The notes: generated by a model not told the origin, from the letters alone. A DNA stretch of 64,000 nucleotides, filler included, from Caldilineae bacterium (GCA_037446815.1; 6 parts of 6 records of this genome joined end to end with filler, not necessarily neighbours in it), one strand, 5' to 3'. Shown: positions 20,203-33,352, counted from the whole stretch's first letter. Numbers and translations: made by a program.

Positions 20203-20852
20203 CCCCGGTGAGACCCCTTCGGCGGTTGGACGGGCGGGCGAAGGGATTCGTGAAGGTGGGAATCCCCCTGCTCATCATCGTCGCGGCGGTGCCTCTCGTG
20301 GCCCTGTGGAACATCCTCGCGTTCGCGCGGGTGGATGCGCCCGCTCAGGCCGATGCCATTCTCATCCTCGGCGCGGCAGTGTGGCCTGGCGGGCGGCCGA
20401 GCCCCATCCTGCTCAGCCGCGTCCAGGCGGGCGTCGCGCTGTACCAACAAGGGCGCGCGCCGCGCATCATCGTGAGCGGAGGGGTGGGCGGCGACACGCC
20501 GTCCGAGGCCGAGGTCATGCGGCGTGTGGCCGTTGCGATGGGTGTGCCGTCCGAGGTCATCTTGTTGGAGGATGAATCGCGCTCCACCGTGGCGAACATC
20601 CGCAACAGCGCCCGAATCATGGAGGCCCACGGCTGGCGGTCGGCGCTGGTGGTAACCGACCCGTACCACGTGTTCCGCGCGTGCCGCATCGCCGCCGACG
20701 CCGGGCTAGAGGCTCACCCCGCGCCCGCGTGGGACAGCCCCGGGTGGACGATGCCCCGGCTGCGGGTGTACTACACGGCCCGCGAGACGGCGGCCGTAAT
20801 CGCATACGAAATCTTTCGCGTCGGGAGATGGCTTGTTGAGCACGTATTCTGA
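20199..20852 (+). CDS. YdcF/ElyC/SanA (DUF218) family protein
   Basis: N-terminal TM; DAILILGA, IVSGG, E..SRST..N and VTDPYH..RA motifs. Confidence 0.85.
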   Translation: MTPVRPLRRLDGRAKGFVKVGIPLLIIVAAVPLVALWNILAFARVDAPAQADAILILGAAVWPGGRPSPILLSRVQAGVALYQQGRAPRIIVSGGVGGDTPSEAEVMRRVAVAMGVPSEVILLEDESRSTVANIRNSARIMEAHGWRSALVVTDPYHVFRACRIAADAGLEAHPAPAWDSPGWTMPRLRVYYTARETAAVIAYEIFRVGRWLVEHVF

Positions 20853-22185
20853 TGCCCTGCGCTACTTGTACGGGCTGCCCAGTTGGCAGTATTGGGTTAC
20901 CGACCGTGAAGTCGTGCCGCCGAATCTTGGGCGATTCCGCACGTTGCTGCGCCACCTGGGTTCGCCGCACCGCGCCCTGCCCTTCGTGCACGTTGCGGGC
21001 ACCAAAGGCAAAGGCTCCACCAGCGCCATGATCGCGTCCATCCTGGCCCAGGCGGGCTATCGGACGGGGTTGTATACCTCGCCGCACCTGCACACCTTCC
21101 GCGAGCGCATCCAAATCAACGGCGAGATGATTTCCGAGCAAGAGGTGGCCGACCTGGCCGACTGGATTCGCCCCACGTTGGCGCGCACGCCGGGGACGAC
21201 CTTTGAGGCCATCACGGCGATCGCCTTTGAGCACTTCCGCCGACGAGGGGTGCAAATCGCCGTCCTGGAGGTGGGCCTCGGCGGCAGGTTTGACGCCACG
21301 AACGTGGTGCGGCCCCTGGTCTCGGTCATCACGGCCATCGGCATGGATCACATGAACGTGCTGGGCAACACGCTGGAGCAGATCGCGGGCGAGAAGGCGG
21401 GCATCATCAAGCGGGGCGTCCCCGTCGTCTTCACGCCGCAGAAGGAGTCGGCGGCAGTGGTCCTGGCCGAGCGGGCGCGGCGGCAGCGGGCGCGGCAGGT
21501 CTGGGCGGGCCGCGACTGGCGCTGGCAACTGGCGGGCCAGTCCCACGAGGGGCTGCATTTCACGCTGGAGGGCCCGCGCCGAGGGTGCCCGTGGCCCTCG
21601 CCCCTCCGCGACCTGTTCATCCCCTTGATGGGACGGCACCAACTGGACAACGCCGCCGCGGCAGTTGCTGCCGTGGCACAGTTGGATGCGCGGGGCTTTC
21701 GGGTGTCCGAGGACGCCGTCTGCCGGGGACTGGCGGAGGTGCGCTGGCCTGCGCGGCTGGAAGTGATGCAGACCTCGCCGTGGCTCATCGTGGATGCGGC
21801 CCACACGGTGGAGTCGGCAGACGCGGCCCTTGCCGCGGTCCAGGAGGTCCTGGGCCGTGCGCCCGACGTGGTGATCTTCGGCGCGTCGGCCGACAAGGAC
21901 GTGGCGGGGATGCTGCGCCGGATACCGGCCGAGTCGCGCCTGGTGTTTGCCCGCGCCGCTCACGAGCGCGCGATGGGAGTGGCCGAGTTGCAGGACATTG
22001 CGCGCTCGCTGGGGAGGGAATCGGCGGCGATGTCAGCACCCCGCGAGGCGTTGGCATGGGCGCTGGGCGAGGTCGGCGAGGACGGCATCGTGCTGGCGTT
22101 TGGCTCCATCTTCCTGGCCGCCGAGGTCCGCGAGGCGTGGCTGGAAAGGGCGGGCCGCCCCATGCCGCCGAAGGATCCGGTCTAG
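20833..22185 (+). CDS. folC: Folylpolyglutamate synthase/dihydrofolate synthase
   Basis: HVAGTKGKGS, YTSPHL..FRERI, EVGLGGRFDATN and DAAH motifs. Confidence 0.93.
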   Translation: MLSTYSDALRYLYGLPSWQYWVTDREVVPPNLGRFRTLLRHLGSPHRALPFVHVAGTKGKGSTSAMIASILAQAGYRTGLYTSPHLHTFRERIQINGEMISEQEVADLADWIRPTLARTPGTTFEAITAIAFEHFRRRGVQIAVLEVGLGGRFDATNVVRPLVSVITAIGMDHMNVLGNTLEQIAGEKAGIIKRGVPVVFTPQKESAAVVLAERARRQRARQVWAGRDWRWQLAGQSHEGLHFTLEGPRRGCPWPSPLRDLFIPLMGRHQLDNAAAAVAAVAQLDARGFRVSEDAVCRGLAEVRWPARLEVMQTSPWLIVDAAHTVESADAALAAVQEVLGRAPDVVIFGASADKDVAGMLRRIPAESRLVFARAAHERAMGVAELQDIARSLGRESAAMSAPREALAWALGEVGEDGIVLAFGSIFLAAEVREAWLERAGRPMPPKDPV

Positions 22186-22192
22186 CGCCCCG

Positions 22193-23296
22193 CTACTCCA
22201 CGCTGACGTCGCTTTCGGGCAGGCGCTGGCGGCGCAGGCGATAGGCGAGGTGGCGCAGGCGCGGCCAAAGCGTGATCCCCGCCGCGTACACCAGGGGGAC
22301 GTAGGCGTAGTCGTAGGCGCCCATGTAGCGGACGACCCGCCCCCCGAACCCCTCTTTGAAGCGGTACACGCCCCAGAGCCCATCGCTCCGCTGGGCAGCA
22401 AGGGCCGCCATGTCCGGGTTCTGGCCGATTTCGTCGGGGATGCCCCAGAAGTCGTACACCGTGCAGCCGCGCGACCGCGCCCACTGGATGGCGCGCCACT
22501 GGAGGAGATGATTGGGCATCAGGTTGCGATAGCGGTTGGAGGACGCGCCGTACATGTACCAGGCCGTGGGGCCAAACGCGAAAACCATGAGCCCCGCGAT
22601 GGTCTCGCCCTCGTACTCGGCCAACAGGAGCCGCGCCATGTCCGCCGACGCGAAGATGCGATAGGCGTCCCGATAGTACGCCTCGGCGTGGATGGGGAAA
22701 TCGTCGCGGAGGCTGGTAATCTGCGACAGGCGGTAGAACACGGCCACGTCGGCTTCCGTGCCTTCGCGCACCTGCACGCCCTTGCGCTCGGCCAGGCGGA
22801 TGTTGTAGCGGGTTTTCGGCTTCATGCCCGCGAGGATGGCTTCGGGGTCCCGGCCGATGTCCAGGTGGAGGGTGCTCAGGGGCTGGACTTTGCCTGCGTG
22901 CCGGAACTTCATGGCGGCCAGCCGTTGCGCCAGGTCTGGGTCGTAGGGCAGGTCCGGCTCCAGGCGCAGGAAGATGGCCCGCCTGCGCCGGCAGAGGGCA
23001 TGCAGCCCGCCCATGACCGCCGCCACAAGGCCGGCATCCTCCCAGTCCACAACCGGGCCTTTGGGCACATATGCCACCGAGGCGAACCCCACGCGCCGAA
23101 ACAGGACCTGCGCCCCGGCCACGACCTGCCCACCGTCGCGCGCGACCACCCGGCACGCAGCCCATGCGTGGTGCGACTTGAATTGCGCCCACTGGCAGGA
23201 CTGGAGCAGGTGGCCGTGCCTGTGGCGCTCCACGAATCGGTTCCATTCCTCGTCCAGCCAGGGAGCCGGAGCCTGCACGTCAACGGTGATCGCCAT
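22193..23296 (-). CDS. FemAB/FemX-family peptidoglycan aminoacyltransferase
   Basis: HLLQS..WA.FK, YVPKGP, KTRYNIRLA, YMYGAS, YDFWG and GVYRFKEGFGG motifs. Confidence 0.9.
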   Translation of the reverse strand: MAITVDVQAPAPWLDEEWNRFVERHRHGHLLQSCQWAQFKSHHAWAACRVVARDGGQVVAGAQVLFRRVGFASVAYVPKGPVVDWEDAGLVAAVMGGLHALCRRRRAIFLRLEPDLPYDPDLAQRLAAMKFRHAGKVQPLSTLHLDIGRDPEAILAGMKPKTRYNIRLAERKGVQVREGTEADVAVFYRLSQITSLRDDFPIHAEAYYRDAYRIFASADMARLLLAEYEGETIAGLMVFAFGPTAWYMYGASSNRYRNLMPNHLLQWRAIQWARSRGCTVYDFWGIPDEIGQNPDMAALAAQRSDGLWGVYRFKEGFGGRVVRYMGAYDYAYVPLVYAAGITLWPRLRHLAYRLRRQRLPESDVSVE

Positions 23297-23652
23297 GTTT
23301 GCGGGTTCCCTCGGTGGTTTGCTGGCGCTATTATACTACAAGAGGCCGTGAGATGAGAATCGCGGGGGTCGGTGCCTCTCGGTTCCATCTTGTGTTGGTC
23401 TGCCCCGCACGCCGCCTCTCCACCCTGTCATGCTGAGCCGAAGGCGATACGCCCTCGCCCTTCGGGAGAGGGCTGGGGTNNNNNNNNNNNNNNNNNNNNN
23501 NNNNNNNNNNNNNNNNNNNNNNNTTAATTAATTAANNNNNNNNNNNNNNNNNNNNNNNNNNNNNNNNNNNNNNNNNNNNCTTCGGGCACTGCGTGCCCTC
23601 GCAATGACGGCTACCAACAGACTTTGGAACCGAGCCCCCCTCTGTGGCAAAC

Positions 23653-23680
23653 TTGCAAACCCCGCCCGCTAACGTATAAT
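23653..23680 (+). promoter_or_regulatory. Putative sigma-70 promoter of the P-type ATPase
   Basis: TTGCAA-N16-TATAAT. Confidence 0.55.
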
Positions 23681-23810
23681 GTAGTGCGTAGTGCGAGGCG
23701 GCGCCGACACGCCGCGACGCTGTTGGCGCCGCGAGAATGGCATCGCGCGAGAGTACCCACGCCCGCGGACAACCCGCGGGGTGTTACAACTGTACAGGGA
23801 GGTCAGACGA

Positions 23811-26585
<2,775 letters not shown>

Positions 26586-26609
26586 CGTCGGAAGGATGAA
26601 AGCAGAGCG

Positions 26610-27380
26610 ATGAAGCCAAGCGACGATAACGAGGAGCAAGAGCGGTTTCTTCGCTGGGCGCAACTGACCTGCGCCGGCGAGGTCGCCGCCATGGTCGCCC
26701 ACGACATCAACAACGCCGTAACGGGCGTTATGAGTTACACCGAACTCGCGCAGATGGACCTGCCCTCATGGAGCGAGGCGGGCACGTATCTGCAGAAATC
26801 CTTGGACCAAGCGAAGCGCATCAGCAACCTCGCCAACCGTCTGCTGATGATCTCGCACGAGGCCGCCTACACGCCTGTGAGGGAGGACTTGCGCGGCAGT
26901 CTGGAGACGGCGGGCAACCTGGTGCGGCGGCGCCTGGAAAAGGACGGCATCGCGTTTGAGCAGCGTCTGGACCTCGCAGATGCATACGTGTTGGCGGACA
27001 GCGCGCGGTTGCTCCTCACATGGCTCGGGCTGGTACTCGTCGCGCGCTCCGGCTTGTTGGCGTTGCCTGCGGGATCGTTCCGCACGCTGCGAATCGGCGC
27101 GGAGCGCGTGAACGCAGAAGGTGGGGCTCGCGCGCGCGTCATCGTGAGCGCCCGCGCAGACACCCCGCCCCGCGCCGAGTTCGTGGATGCCTTGCGCCGC
27201 GCCGAAACGGATCGCGCGCCGTGTAGCCGCGAGGCCATGCTTTGGACCGCCGCGCGGGCGCATGTGGCCCATCTAGGCGGCACGCTTTCACTGACCCAGG
27301 ACGATGGCAGTCTCGCGTTTGCGGTGGAGTTGCCGCTGATGGCTGGGGAGAACGGACGTGAAGCGCATACTGATCGTTGA
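26610..27380 (+). CDS. Histidine-kinase-like protein with intact H-box and degenerate ATPase domain
   Basis: H-box AHDINNAVTGVMSY is present; N, G1 and G2 boxes are not recognisable. Confidence 0.7.
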   Translation: MKPSDDNEEQERFLRWAQLTCAGEVAAMVAHDINNAVTGVMSYTELAQMDLPSWSEAGTYLQKSLDQAKRISNLANRLLMISHEAAYTPVREDLRGSLETAGNLVRRRLEKDGIAFEQRLDLADAYVLADSARLLLTWLGLVLVARSGLLALPAGSFRTLRIGAERVNAEGGARARVIVSARADTPPRAEFVDALRRAETDRAPCSREAMLWTAARAHVAHLGGTLSLTQDDGSLAFAVELPLMAGENGREAHTDR

Positions 27381-29424
27381 CGACGAGGAGAGCATCCGAA
27401 TCACGCTGTCCACCATCCTCACGCGCGAGGGATATACGGTTCAGGCCGTGGGCAGTTTTGACGAGGTAACGCGGATTCTTCCGTCCTTCCCCCCGGACAC
27501 CATCATCCTGGACGTCCTCCTCCCCAAGGTCAGCGGCCTGGACATCCTGAAGTACCTCAAGGAACACGGCGTGGACGCGCCCGTCATCATCATCACCGGC
27601 GCGCCCGACATCCAGAGCGCCCGCGAAAGCCTGCGCCACGGCGCCTACGACTATATCGCCAAGCCGTTCACGCTGGACGTGCTGCGGCAGTCGGTGGCCC
27701 GCGCCCTCAAGGAGAAAGAACTCCTGGACGCGCGCCGCGAATTGGAAGAGCAGAAGCGCCGCTATCAGGAAGACCTGGAGCGGCAGGTCAAGGAGCGAAC
27801 TGCCGAACTCCAGCGGCGCAACATGGAACTGGCGGCGCTCAACCGCCTGGGGGCCATCCTTGCGGAATCCCTGTCATTGCAGGATACGCTCCAGGCGGCG
27901 CTGGCCGAGTTGGTGGCGGCCGCGAGTTCGCCGTTGGGGGCAGTGTATCTTCGGCGCGATGGGGAGTTCGCCTGCGCGGCGCGGGCAGCATCGGTCAAGG
28001 CGCTGGCGGATGTCTTGCCCCCATCGCTGGACTCGACGCTCTCCGAGATGCCCCTGCGCGATCCCGTGCGGCTGGCGCCGGAACAATTGCCCGACGCTCT
28101 GCGCAAGGCCGTCGTGGCGGCGGGCGCCAAGTGCGTGTGGCTCACGGGTCTCATCGCCCAGGCCGAGACCCAGGGCGTCCTGCTGATCGCCGCCGCAGAG
28201 CAAGAGCCGGACACCTCCCTTCTCGCCGCCTCAGGGCGACAGATGGCCGCCGCCGTGCAGAACGCCCAACTCTTTGAGGAATCGGTAACCCGTCGCAAGC
28301 ATACCGAGGCGATTATCCAGAACATGGCCGACGGCGTCCTCGTGTTGGACCGGGAAGACCGCATCTCGGTGTGTAACCCGGCCCTGTGCAGCCTCCTGGG
28401 CATTCGCCAAGAGGACTTGCCCGGGCGCAGGATTCACGATTTCCGCGACTCGCCCGACCCGGGCCTGGCGGCATTGTGGGAAGTAGGCGCGCCCAGCGCC
28501 GACCTGATGGAGCAGTTGCAGGCCATGGCCTCCAACGATGCGGACGCCGCAGGACTGCCCGCGGTGGTGCGGCGAGAGGTCAGCCTGTCGGCCCCCCTGA
28601 ACCGCGTGGTCATGGTCTACACTACGCAGTTGCGGGACTTGGCCCACAACCCCCTGGGGCAGGTGCGCCTGGTGCGGGACATCACCCGCGAGCGCGAATT
28701 GGAGCGGATGAAGTCCGACTTCGTCTCCATCGTGTCGCACGAGTTGCGGACGCCGCTGTTCTACATCAAGGGATTCATAGAATTGCTGCTGCACGGCAAG
28801 GCCGAGGACCCGAAGGTCCGTACCGAGTTCCTGAGCATCATCCGCGACCAGACCGACCACCTCAGCAAGTTGGTGGAGGACATCCTGGACACGTCCAAGA
28901 TGGAGCAGGGAACGTTCTTGTTGAAGCGAGAGCGGGTCCCCGTGGAGGATTTGATTCGGCAAGCCGTTGCCGATGCCGAGGGGATGGCGTCCGGCGCGGG
29001 GGTAGCATTGCGCGTGGAGATTCCCGAGTCCCTGCCGGAGGTCATGGGCGATTTTGTGCGGCTGAAGCAGGTCATGGCGAACCTGCTGGGCAACGCCATC
29101 AAGTTCAGCAAGTCGGGTGGGGTCGCGGTTGTCCGGGGCCTGCGCAGGCCCGGCGAAGTGTGGGTGCAGGTAGAGGATCGCGGCACGGGGATTCCACCCC
29201 AAAGCCTGCCGCATGTGTTTGATAAGTTCTTCCAGGCCGAGTCCTCGGAAACCCGTTCATCGGGCGGCGCGGGTCTGGGTCTGTACATCGCGAGGCAAAT
29301 CATTGAGCGTCTTGGCGGCCGCATCTGGGCGGAGAGCGAACTCGGCAAGGGAAGCACATTCACATTTGCACTGCCCGTAGAGGACACGGCCGACGGGGGC
29401 GGCCAGCAAGGCAAAGGAGGATGA
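27358..29424 (+). CDS. Hybrid sensor kinase REC-GAF-PAS-HisKA-HATPase
   Basis: ILIVDDE...D...KP receiver; SHELRTPL, NLLGNAIKF, DRGTGI and GAGLGL kinase motifs. Confidence 0.92.
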   Translation: MKRILIVDDEESIRITLSTILTREGYTVQAVGSFDEVTRILPSFPPDTIILDVLLPKVSGLDILKYLKEHGVDAPVIIITGAPDIQSARESLRHGAYDYIAKPFTLDVLRQSVARALKEKELLDARRELEEQKRRYQEDLERQVKERTAELQRRNMELAALNRLGAILAESLSLQDTLQAALAELVAAASSPLGAVYLRRDGEFACAARAASVKALADVLPPSLDSTLSEMPLRDPVRLAPEQLPDALRKAVVAAGAKCVWLTGLIAQAETQGVLLIAAAEQEPDTSLLAASGRQMAAAVQNAQLFEESVTRRKHTEAIIQNMADGVLVLDREDRISVCNPALCSLLGIRQEDLPGRRIHDFRDSPDPGLAALWEVGAPSADLMEQLQAMASNDADAAGLPAVVRREVSLSAPLNRVVMVYTTQLRDLAHNPLGQVRLVRDITRERELERMKSDFVSIVSHELRTPLFYIKGFIELLLHGKAEDPKVRTEFLSIIRDQTDHLSKLVEDILDTSKMEQGTFLLKRERVPVEDLIRQAVADAEGMASGAGVALRVEIPESLPEVMGDFVRLKQVMANLLGNAIKFSKSGGVAVVRGLRRPGEVWVQVEDRGTGIPPQSLPHVFDKFFQAESSETRSSGGAGLGLYIARQIIERLGGRIWAESELGKGSTFTFALPVEDTADGGGQQGKGG

Positions 29425-29428
29425 CAAG

Positions 29429-30565
29429 ATGGCCAAGCGGATTCTCGTGGTGGACGATGACCCGACCGCACTTCGGTTGATTGGCTATAGCCTGCAACAG
29501 GAGGGGTACGATGTCCTGACGGCCGCCAATGGGCTGGATGGCTTGGCGCAGGCGCGGCAACTGCATCCGGACCTCATCATCCTGGACATCATGATGCCCG
29601 ACCTGGACGGATTTGAGGTGTGCCGCAGGCTTCGGGCCGACCCCGCAACCCGAAGACTTCCTGTGCTCATGCTCACGGCCAAGGGCCAAGTGGCCGACAA
29701 GGTGGCGGGGTTCCGCGCCGGCGCCGACGACTACCTGGTCAAGCCGGCGGACCCGGGCGAACTAGTGGCGCGCGTCGCGGCGCTGCTGACCCGCGCGTCC
29801 TACGCCGAGGCGAGAGAAGCGCGGGTGTTCGCCTTCGTGGGCGCCAAGGGCGGCGTCGGCACGACGACAGCCGCGGTGAATGCGGCGGTCCTCCTGGCCA
29901 AGGGAGGGCACAACGTTGTGCTGGCCGAGTTCCGCAATACGTTCGGAACGGCGTGCCTGCAATTGAACATCCGGCCGCGCGTTTCGCTGGGCCGCCTGTT
30001 CCGCGAGCGCGATACCCGCACCGGCAGGGAGATTGTCGGCGCACTGATGTCACATCCCAGCGGCCTGAAGGTGCTGGCCGGCCCGCAACAGCCGGAGGAA
30101 TATCTGGAACTCACGCCCGCCATGGTGTCCTCCACACTGGATGCGCTGCGCCACTCGGCGGAGATGGTGATCCTGGATCTGCCCGTCTCGTTCTCGCCCG
30201 CGTGGCGCGAGGCCGTGGAGCGCAGCGATTTTGTCGCGCTGGTTACGGAGCAGGACCCGACATCGCTGGCCGCCGCGAAGATGCTGCTGATTTTGCTTAA
30301 GGGGTTTGGCGTGTCCCCGTCCAACATCGGCGGCCTCATCGTGCATCGGGCGCGATCGTCCACCGAGATGTCCGCGCTCCAAATCTCCAATTTCCTGGAA
30401 CTGGGATTGCTGGGGGTCATCCCGAGCGCGCCGGAGGAATGCGCCAGCGCCGCGCGCCTCGGCAGCCCGGTGGCGCTCACGCAGCCCACGGCCAGCGTCT
30501 CGCAGGCGTTCGCCCAGGTGGCCGAGCGCCTGACGGCGGAGCCGGTGATCCTGCAGCAGTTCTAG
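29429..30565 (+). CDS. Response regulator fused to a CpaE/TadZ-like (ParA/MinD-fold) domain
   Basis: N-terminal REC domain; deviant P-loop GAKGGVGTTT. Confidence 0.85.
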   Translation: MAKRILVVDDDPTALRLIGYSLQQEGYDVLTAANGLDGLAQARQLHPDLIILDIMMPDLDGFEVCRRLRADPATRRLPVLMLTAKGQVADKVAGFRAGADDYLVKPADPGELVARVAALLTRASYAEAREARVFAFVGAKGGVGTTTAAVNAAVLLAKGGHNVVLAEFRNTFGTACLQLNIRPRVSLGRLFRERDTRTGREIVGALMSHPSGLKVLAGPQQPEEYLELTPAMVSSTLDALRHSAEMVILDLPVSFSPAWREAVERSDFVALVTEQDPTSLAAAKMLLILLKGFGVSPSNIGGLIVHRARSSTEMSALQISNFLELGLLGVIPSAPEECASAARLGSPVALTQPTASVSQAFAQVAERLTAEPVILQQF

Positions 30566-30592
30566 GCCCCGGCGCGGCATGACACCATGAGG

Positions 30593-30698
30593 CTGTCATT
30601 CCGAGGCGCGGAGCGCCGCAGAATCTCGCCCCTCACCCCAGCCCTCTCCCGAAGGGCGAGGGCGTATTGTGCGACCGACTCCGAGGCGCGTCGCACGT
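30593..30698 (+). repeat. 106-bp composite repeat, copy 1
   Basis: Identical by eye to 31994-32099. Confidence 0.9.
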
Positions 30699-30866
30699 TC
30701 TCCGTTCGCGTGCATTCGCGCTCATTCGCGGTTACCGTCCTGCGGAATCGCTTCGCCCGCGATGGCACGCGGGGGAGCGCCGCGCCGCAAAACGTTGCTC
30801 CGCATTACCCACGCCGCCGCGACTCGTGCTACAATAGGCTGGACCCCATCACCGGGGAGGCAGCCC

Positions 30867-31925
30867 ATGGGGCGGTGTCAATTCTGCGGCAGGCGCGATA
30901 GGCTGGTGGCAGAGGCGCTGGGCACGTGCGCCGACTGCATCCGCTCGCGGCCCGAGGCGCTGGCCCATGCGCAGGAGCGGCGCGCGCAGGTCCGCCGCGA
31001 GTTCGGCCTGCCCCCCGCGCCGCCGCGAACCGAGGGTGGCATCCTGTGCCCCATTTGCGCCAACGAGTGTAGCGTGGGCGAAGGCGAGCGGGGCTTCTGC
31101 GGCCTGCGAACCGCGCGCGGGGGCAGACTGATCCACCTGGCCGGCACGCCCCGCGCGGGCCTGCTCCAGAGTTACCACGATCCCCTGCCCACCAACTGCG
31201 TCGCCGACCCCGTGTGCGTCGGCCATAACAAGCGCGGACGCACCAACCTGGCGGTCTTCTACGGCGCGTGCTCCTTTGACTGCCTGTATTGCCAGAACTG
31301 GCACTTTCGGCAGATGTCCCCATCGGGGAGGCTGACGACGGCTCAGGAACTGGCCGACCGAGCGGGGACTCGCGCGGCGTGCGTGTGCTACTTTGGAGGC
31401 GACCCCGCTCCCCAGATGCCCCACGCCCTGGCCGCGTCTCGCATCCTGGCCGAGCGTGGCCTGCACGTCTGCTGGGAGACGAACGGCTCCATGAACCCGC
31501 GCCTGTTGCGCCAGGCCGTCCGGCTGTCGCTGGACACCTTGGGTACCGTCAAGTTTGACCTCAAGGCCTGGGACAGGCGTCTGCACATTGCGCTTACCGG
31601 CGCGGACAATCGCCGCACCCTGGAGAACTTCGCCCTGGCCGCCGAATTGGGGCGGTTGCGGCCCGAACCGCCCCTGGTGGTGGCCAGCACGCTCCTCGTC
31701 CCGGGCTACGTGGACGCGCAGGAGGTGCGCCACATCGCGCGGTTCATCGCGGCCCTTGACCGGAACATCCCATACGTCCTGCTGGCCTTTGCCCCCGCGT
31801 TCCTGATCCACGACCTGCCCTGCACGTCCTCGGCCCATGCCCGCGAGGCGCTGGAGGTCGCGCAGGCCGAGGGCCTGACGCGGGTGCGCATCGGCAATCG
31901 CCACCTGCTGGACGTGGGCTGGTAG
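30867..31925 (+). CDS. Radical SAM protein (PFL-activase/AmmeMemoRadiSam-like) with N-terminal Cys motifs
   Basis: CSFDCLYC motif, FGGDP and ETNG; extra N-terminal CxxC pairs. Confidence 0.9.
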   Translation: MGRCQFCGRRDRLVAEALGTCADCIRSRPEALAHAQERRAQVRREFGLPPAPPRTEGGILCPICANECSVGEGERGFCGLRTARGGRLIHLAGTPRAGLLQSYHDPLPTNCVADPVCVGHNKRGRTNLAVFYGACSFDCLYCQNWHFRQMSPSGRLTTAQELADRAGTRAACVCYFGGDPAPQMPHALAASRILAERGLHVCWETNGSMNPRLLRQAVRLSLDTLGTVKFDLKAWDRRLHIALTGADNRRTLENFALAAELGRLRPEPPLVVASTLLVPGYVDAQEVRHIARFIAALDRNIPYVLLAFAPAFLIHDLPCTSSAHAREALEVAQAEGLTRVRIGNRHLLDVGW

Positions 31926-31993
31926 CGGGCGCAGAAAGGCGCCGAGGAGGGACAATCCTTCGCGTGCATTCGCGCGCGTTCGCGGTTCCGTGC

Positions 31994-32099
31994 CTGTCAT
32001 TCCGAGGCGCGGAGCGCCGCAGAATCTCGCCCCTCACCCCAGCCCTCTCCCGAAGGGCGAGGGCGTATTGTGCGACCGACTCCGAGGCGCGTCGCACGT
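31994..32099 (+). repeat. 106-bp composite repeat, copy 2
   Basis: Identical by eye to 30593-30698. Confidence 0.9.
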
Positions 32100-32131
32100 A
32101 ACTTGAACCGCCGATCGCCGCAGGCCGCCGG

Positions 32132-32281
32132 GATTCGGTTCCATCTTGTGTTGGTGAACCGTAGGCGCACTCTCCTCGTGTGTCATTGCGAGCGAAGCGA
32201 AGCAATCCCGCGCCCCGGGGATTGCTTCGGGCGCTCCGCGCCCTCGCAATGACAGCCACCAACAGGCTTTGGAACCGAATG
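32132..32281 (+). mobile_element. MITE-like element, complete ~150-bp copy
   Basis: GATTCGGTTCCATCTTGTGTTGG...CCAACAGGCTTTGGAACCGAAT. Confidence 0.75.
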
Positions 32282-32354
32282 GCCGCTAGGCCCGCCTTGC
32301 GCGCCGGCGACATCTCCGCTACAATACGCCCACGTGTCGCCCTGGGAGGCGCTG

Positions 32355-33323
32355 ATGAACGTCGCGCTGCGCGCTTTGGGGTACGCCGCGGGGGCGCTCG
32401 GAGCGGTCCTCGTCGCCGTGTGGGTGTTCGGCGAGCGATGGCGGCCCCTCCGCCGTTCCACCCGCCGCTGGTTCGCCGGCGGCTGGCGCGGCCTGCCCCA
32501 GAAGATTCACGGATACGTCTACGCCCGCTGGAGCAATCAGTACATCGGCATTGCCATCCACCGGATGCGCCCGGGCCCGCGCCGGTTTCAGAGCAACTCG
32601 GCCGACCACTACCACGGCAAGGTGCTGCCCCACGCCCTGGCCCGCCAGGTCGTGATGCTGAACCACGACCTGGACTTGCGCAACCAGGAGCAGGTGATTC
32701 CCTATCCCGTGGCGCGGGACATCGTGCTCCGCAACCCCGACCGCATCGCCATCTACGATTGCCCGTGCCGTTCGGCCAGGACCAACCCGTGCCTGCCGCT
32801 GGACGTGTGCATGATTGTCGGCGAGCCGTTCGTCAGTTTCCTGCTGGAGCACAACCCGCGGTCGGCGCGGGCCATCACGCGGGAAGAGGCCCTCGCCATC
32901 CTGGAGGCCGAGCACGCGCGCGGGCACGTCCACACCGCCTACTTCAAGGACGCCATGGAGGGCCGATTCTACGCCATCTGCAACTGCTGCAAATGCTGCT
33001 GCGGCGGGATCCAGGCCATGGTCCAGGCCGGCGTGCCCATGATCGCATCGTCGGGATACGTCGCGCAGATAGATGCGGGCCGGTGCACGGGATGCGGGCT
33101 GTGCGTCGAGGTGTGCCCCTTCAAGGCGGTGCGGATGACCGAGGACGATTCGGGGCGGCGCGTGGCGCGGGTGGACGATGCGCTGTGCATGGGGTGCGGC
33201 GTGTGCCAGGCGCGGTGCGCCTTCGGCGTGCCCGTCCTGGCGCGAGACCCGCGCAAACCCATCCCCATGGACATCGCGGCGCTGGAGGGCCAACGGCGCT
33301 TCCAGGACCGGATTGTGGAGTAG
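32355..33323 (+). CDS. Membrane-anchored 4Fe-4S protein
   Basis: N-terminal TM; CPCR..C..DVCM, ICNCCKCCC and two CxxCxxCxxxC ferredoxin motifs. Confidence 0.85.
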   Translation: MNVALRALGYAAGALGAVLVAVWVFGERWRPLRRSTRRWFAGGWRGLPQKIHGYVYARWSNQYIGIAIHRMRPGPRRFQSNSADHYHGKVLPHALARQVVMLNHDLDLRNQEQVIPYPVARDIVLRNPDRIAIYDCPCRSARTNPCLPLDVCMIVGEPFVSFLLEHNPRSARAITREEALAILEAEHARGHVHTAYFKDAMEGRFYAICNCCKCCCGGIQAMVQAGVPMIASSGYVAQIDAGRCTGCGLCVEVCPFKAVRMTEDDSGRRVARVDDALCMGCGVCQARCAFGVPVLARDPRKPIPMDIAALEGQRRFQDRIVE

Positions 33324-33352
33324 GGCAACAGATACCCTTCTGGAGGATAACA

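Noticed and set aside
23686..23810. Structured 5' UTR of the P-type ATPase as a yybP-ykoY riboswitch
   Set aside because: Hairpins are present, but the conserved GGGGAGUA / CGUC / GAGACC elements are not recognisable.
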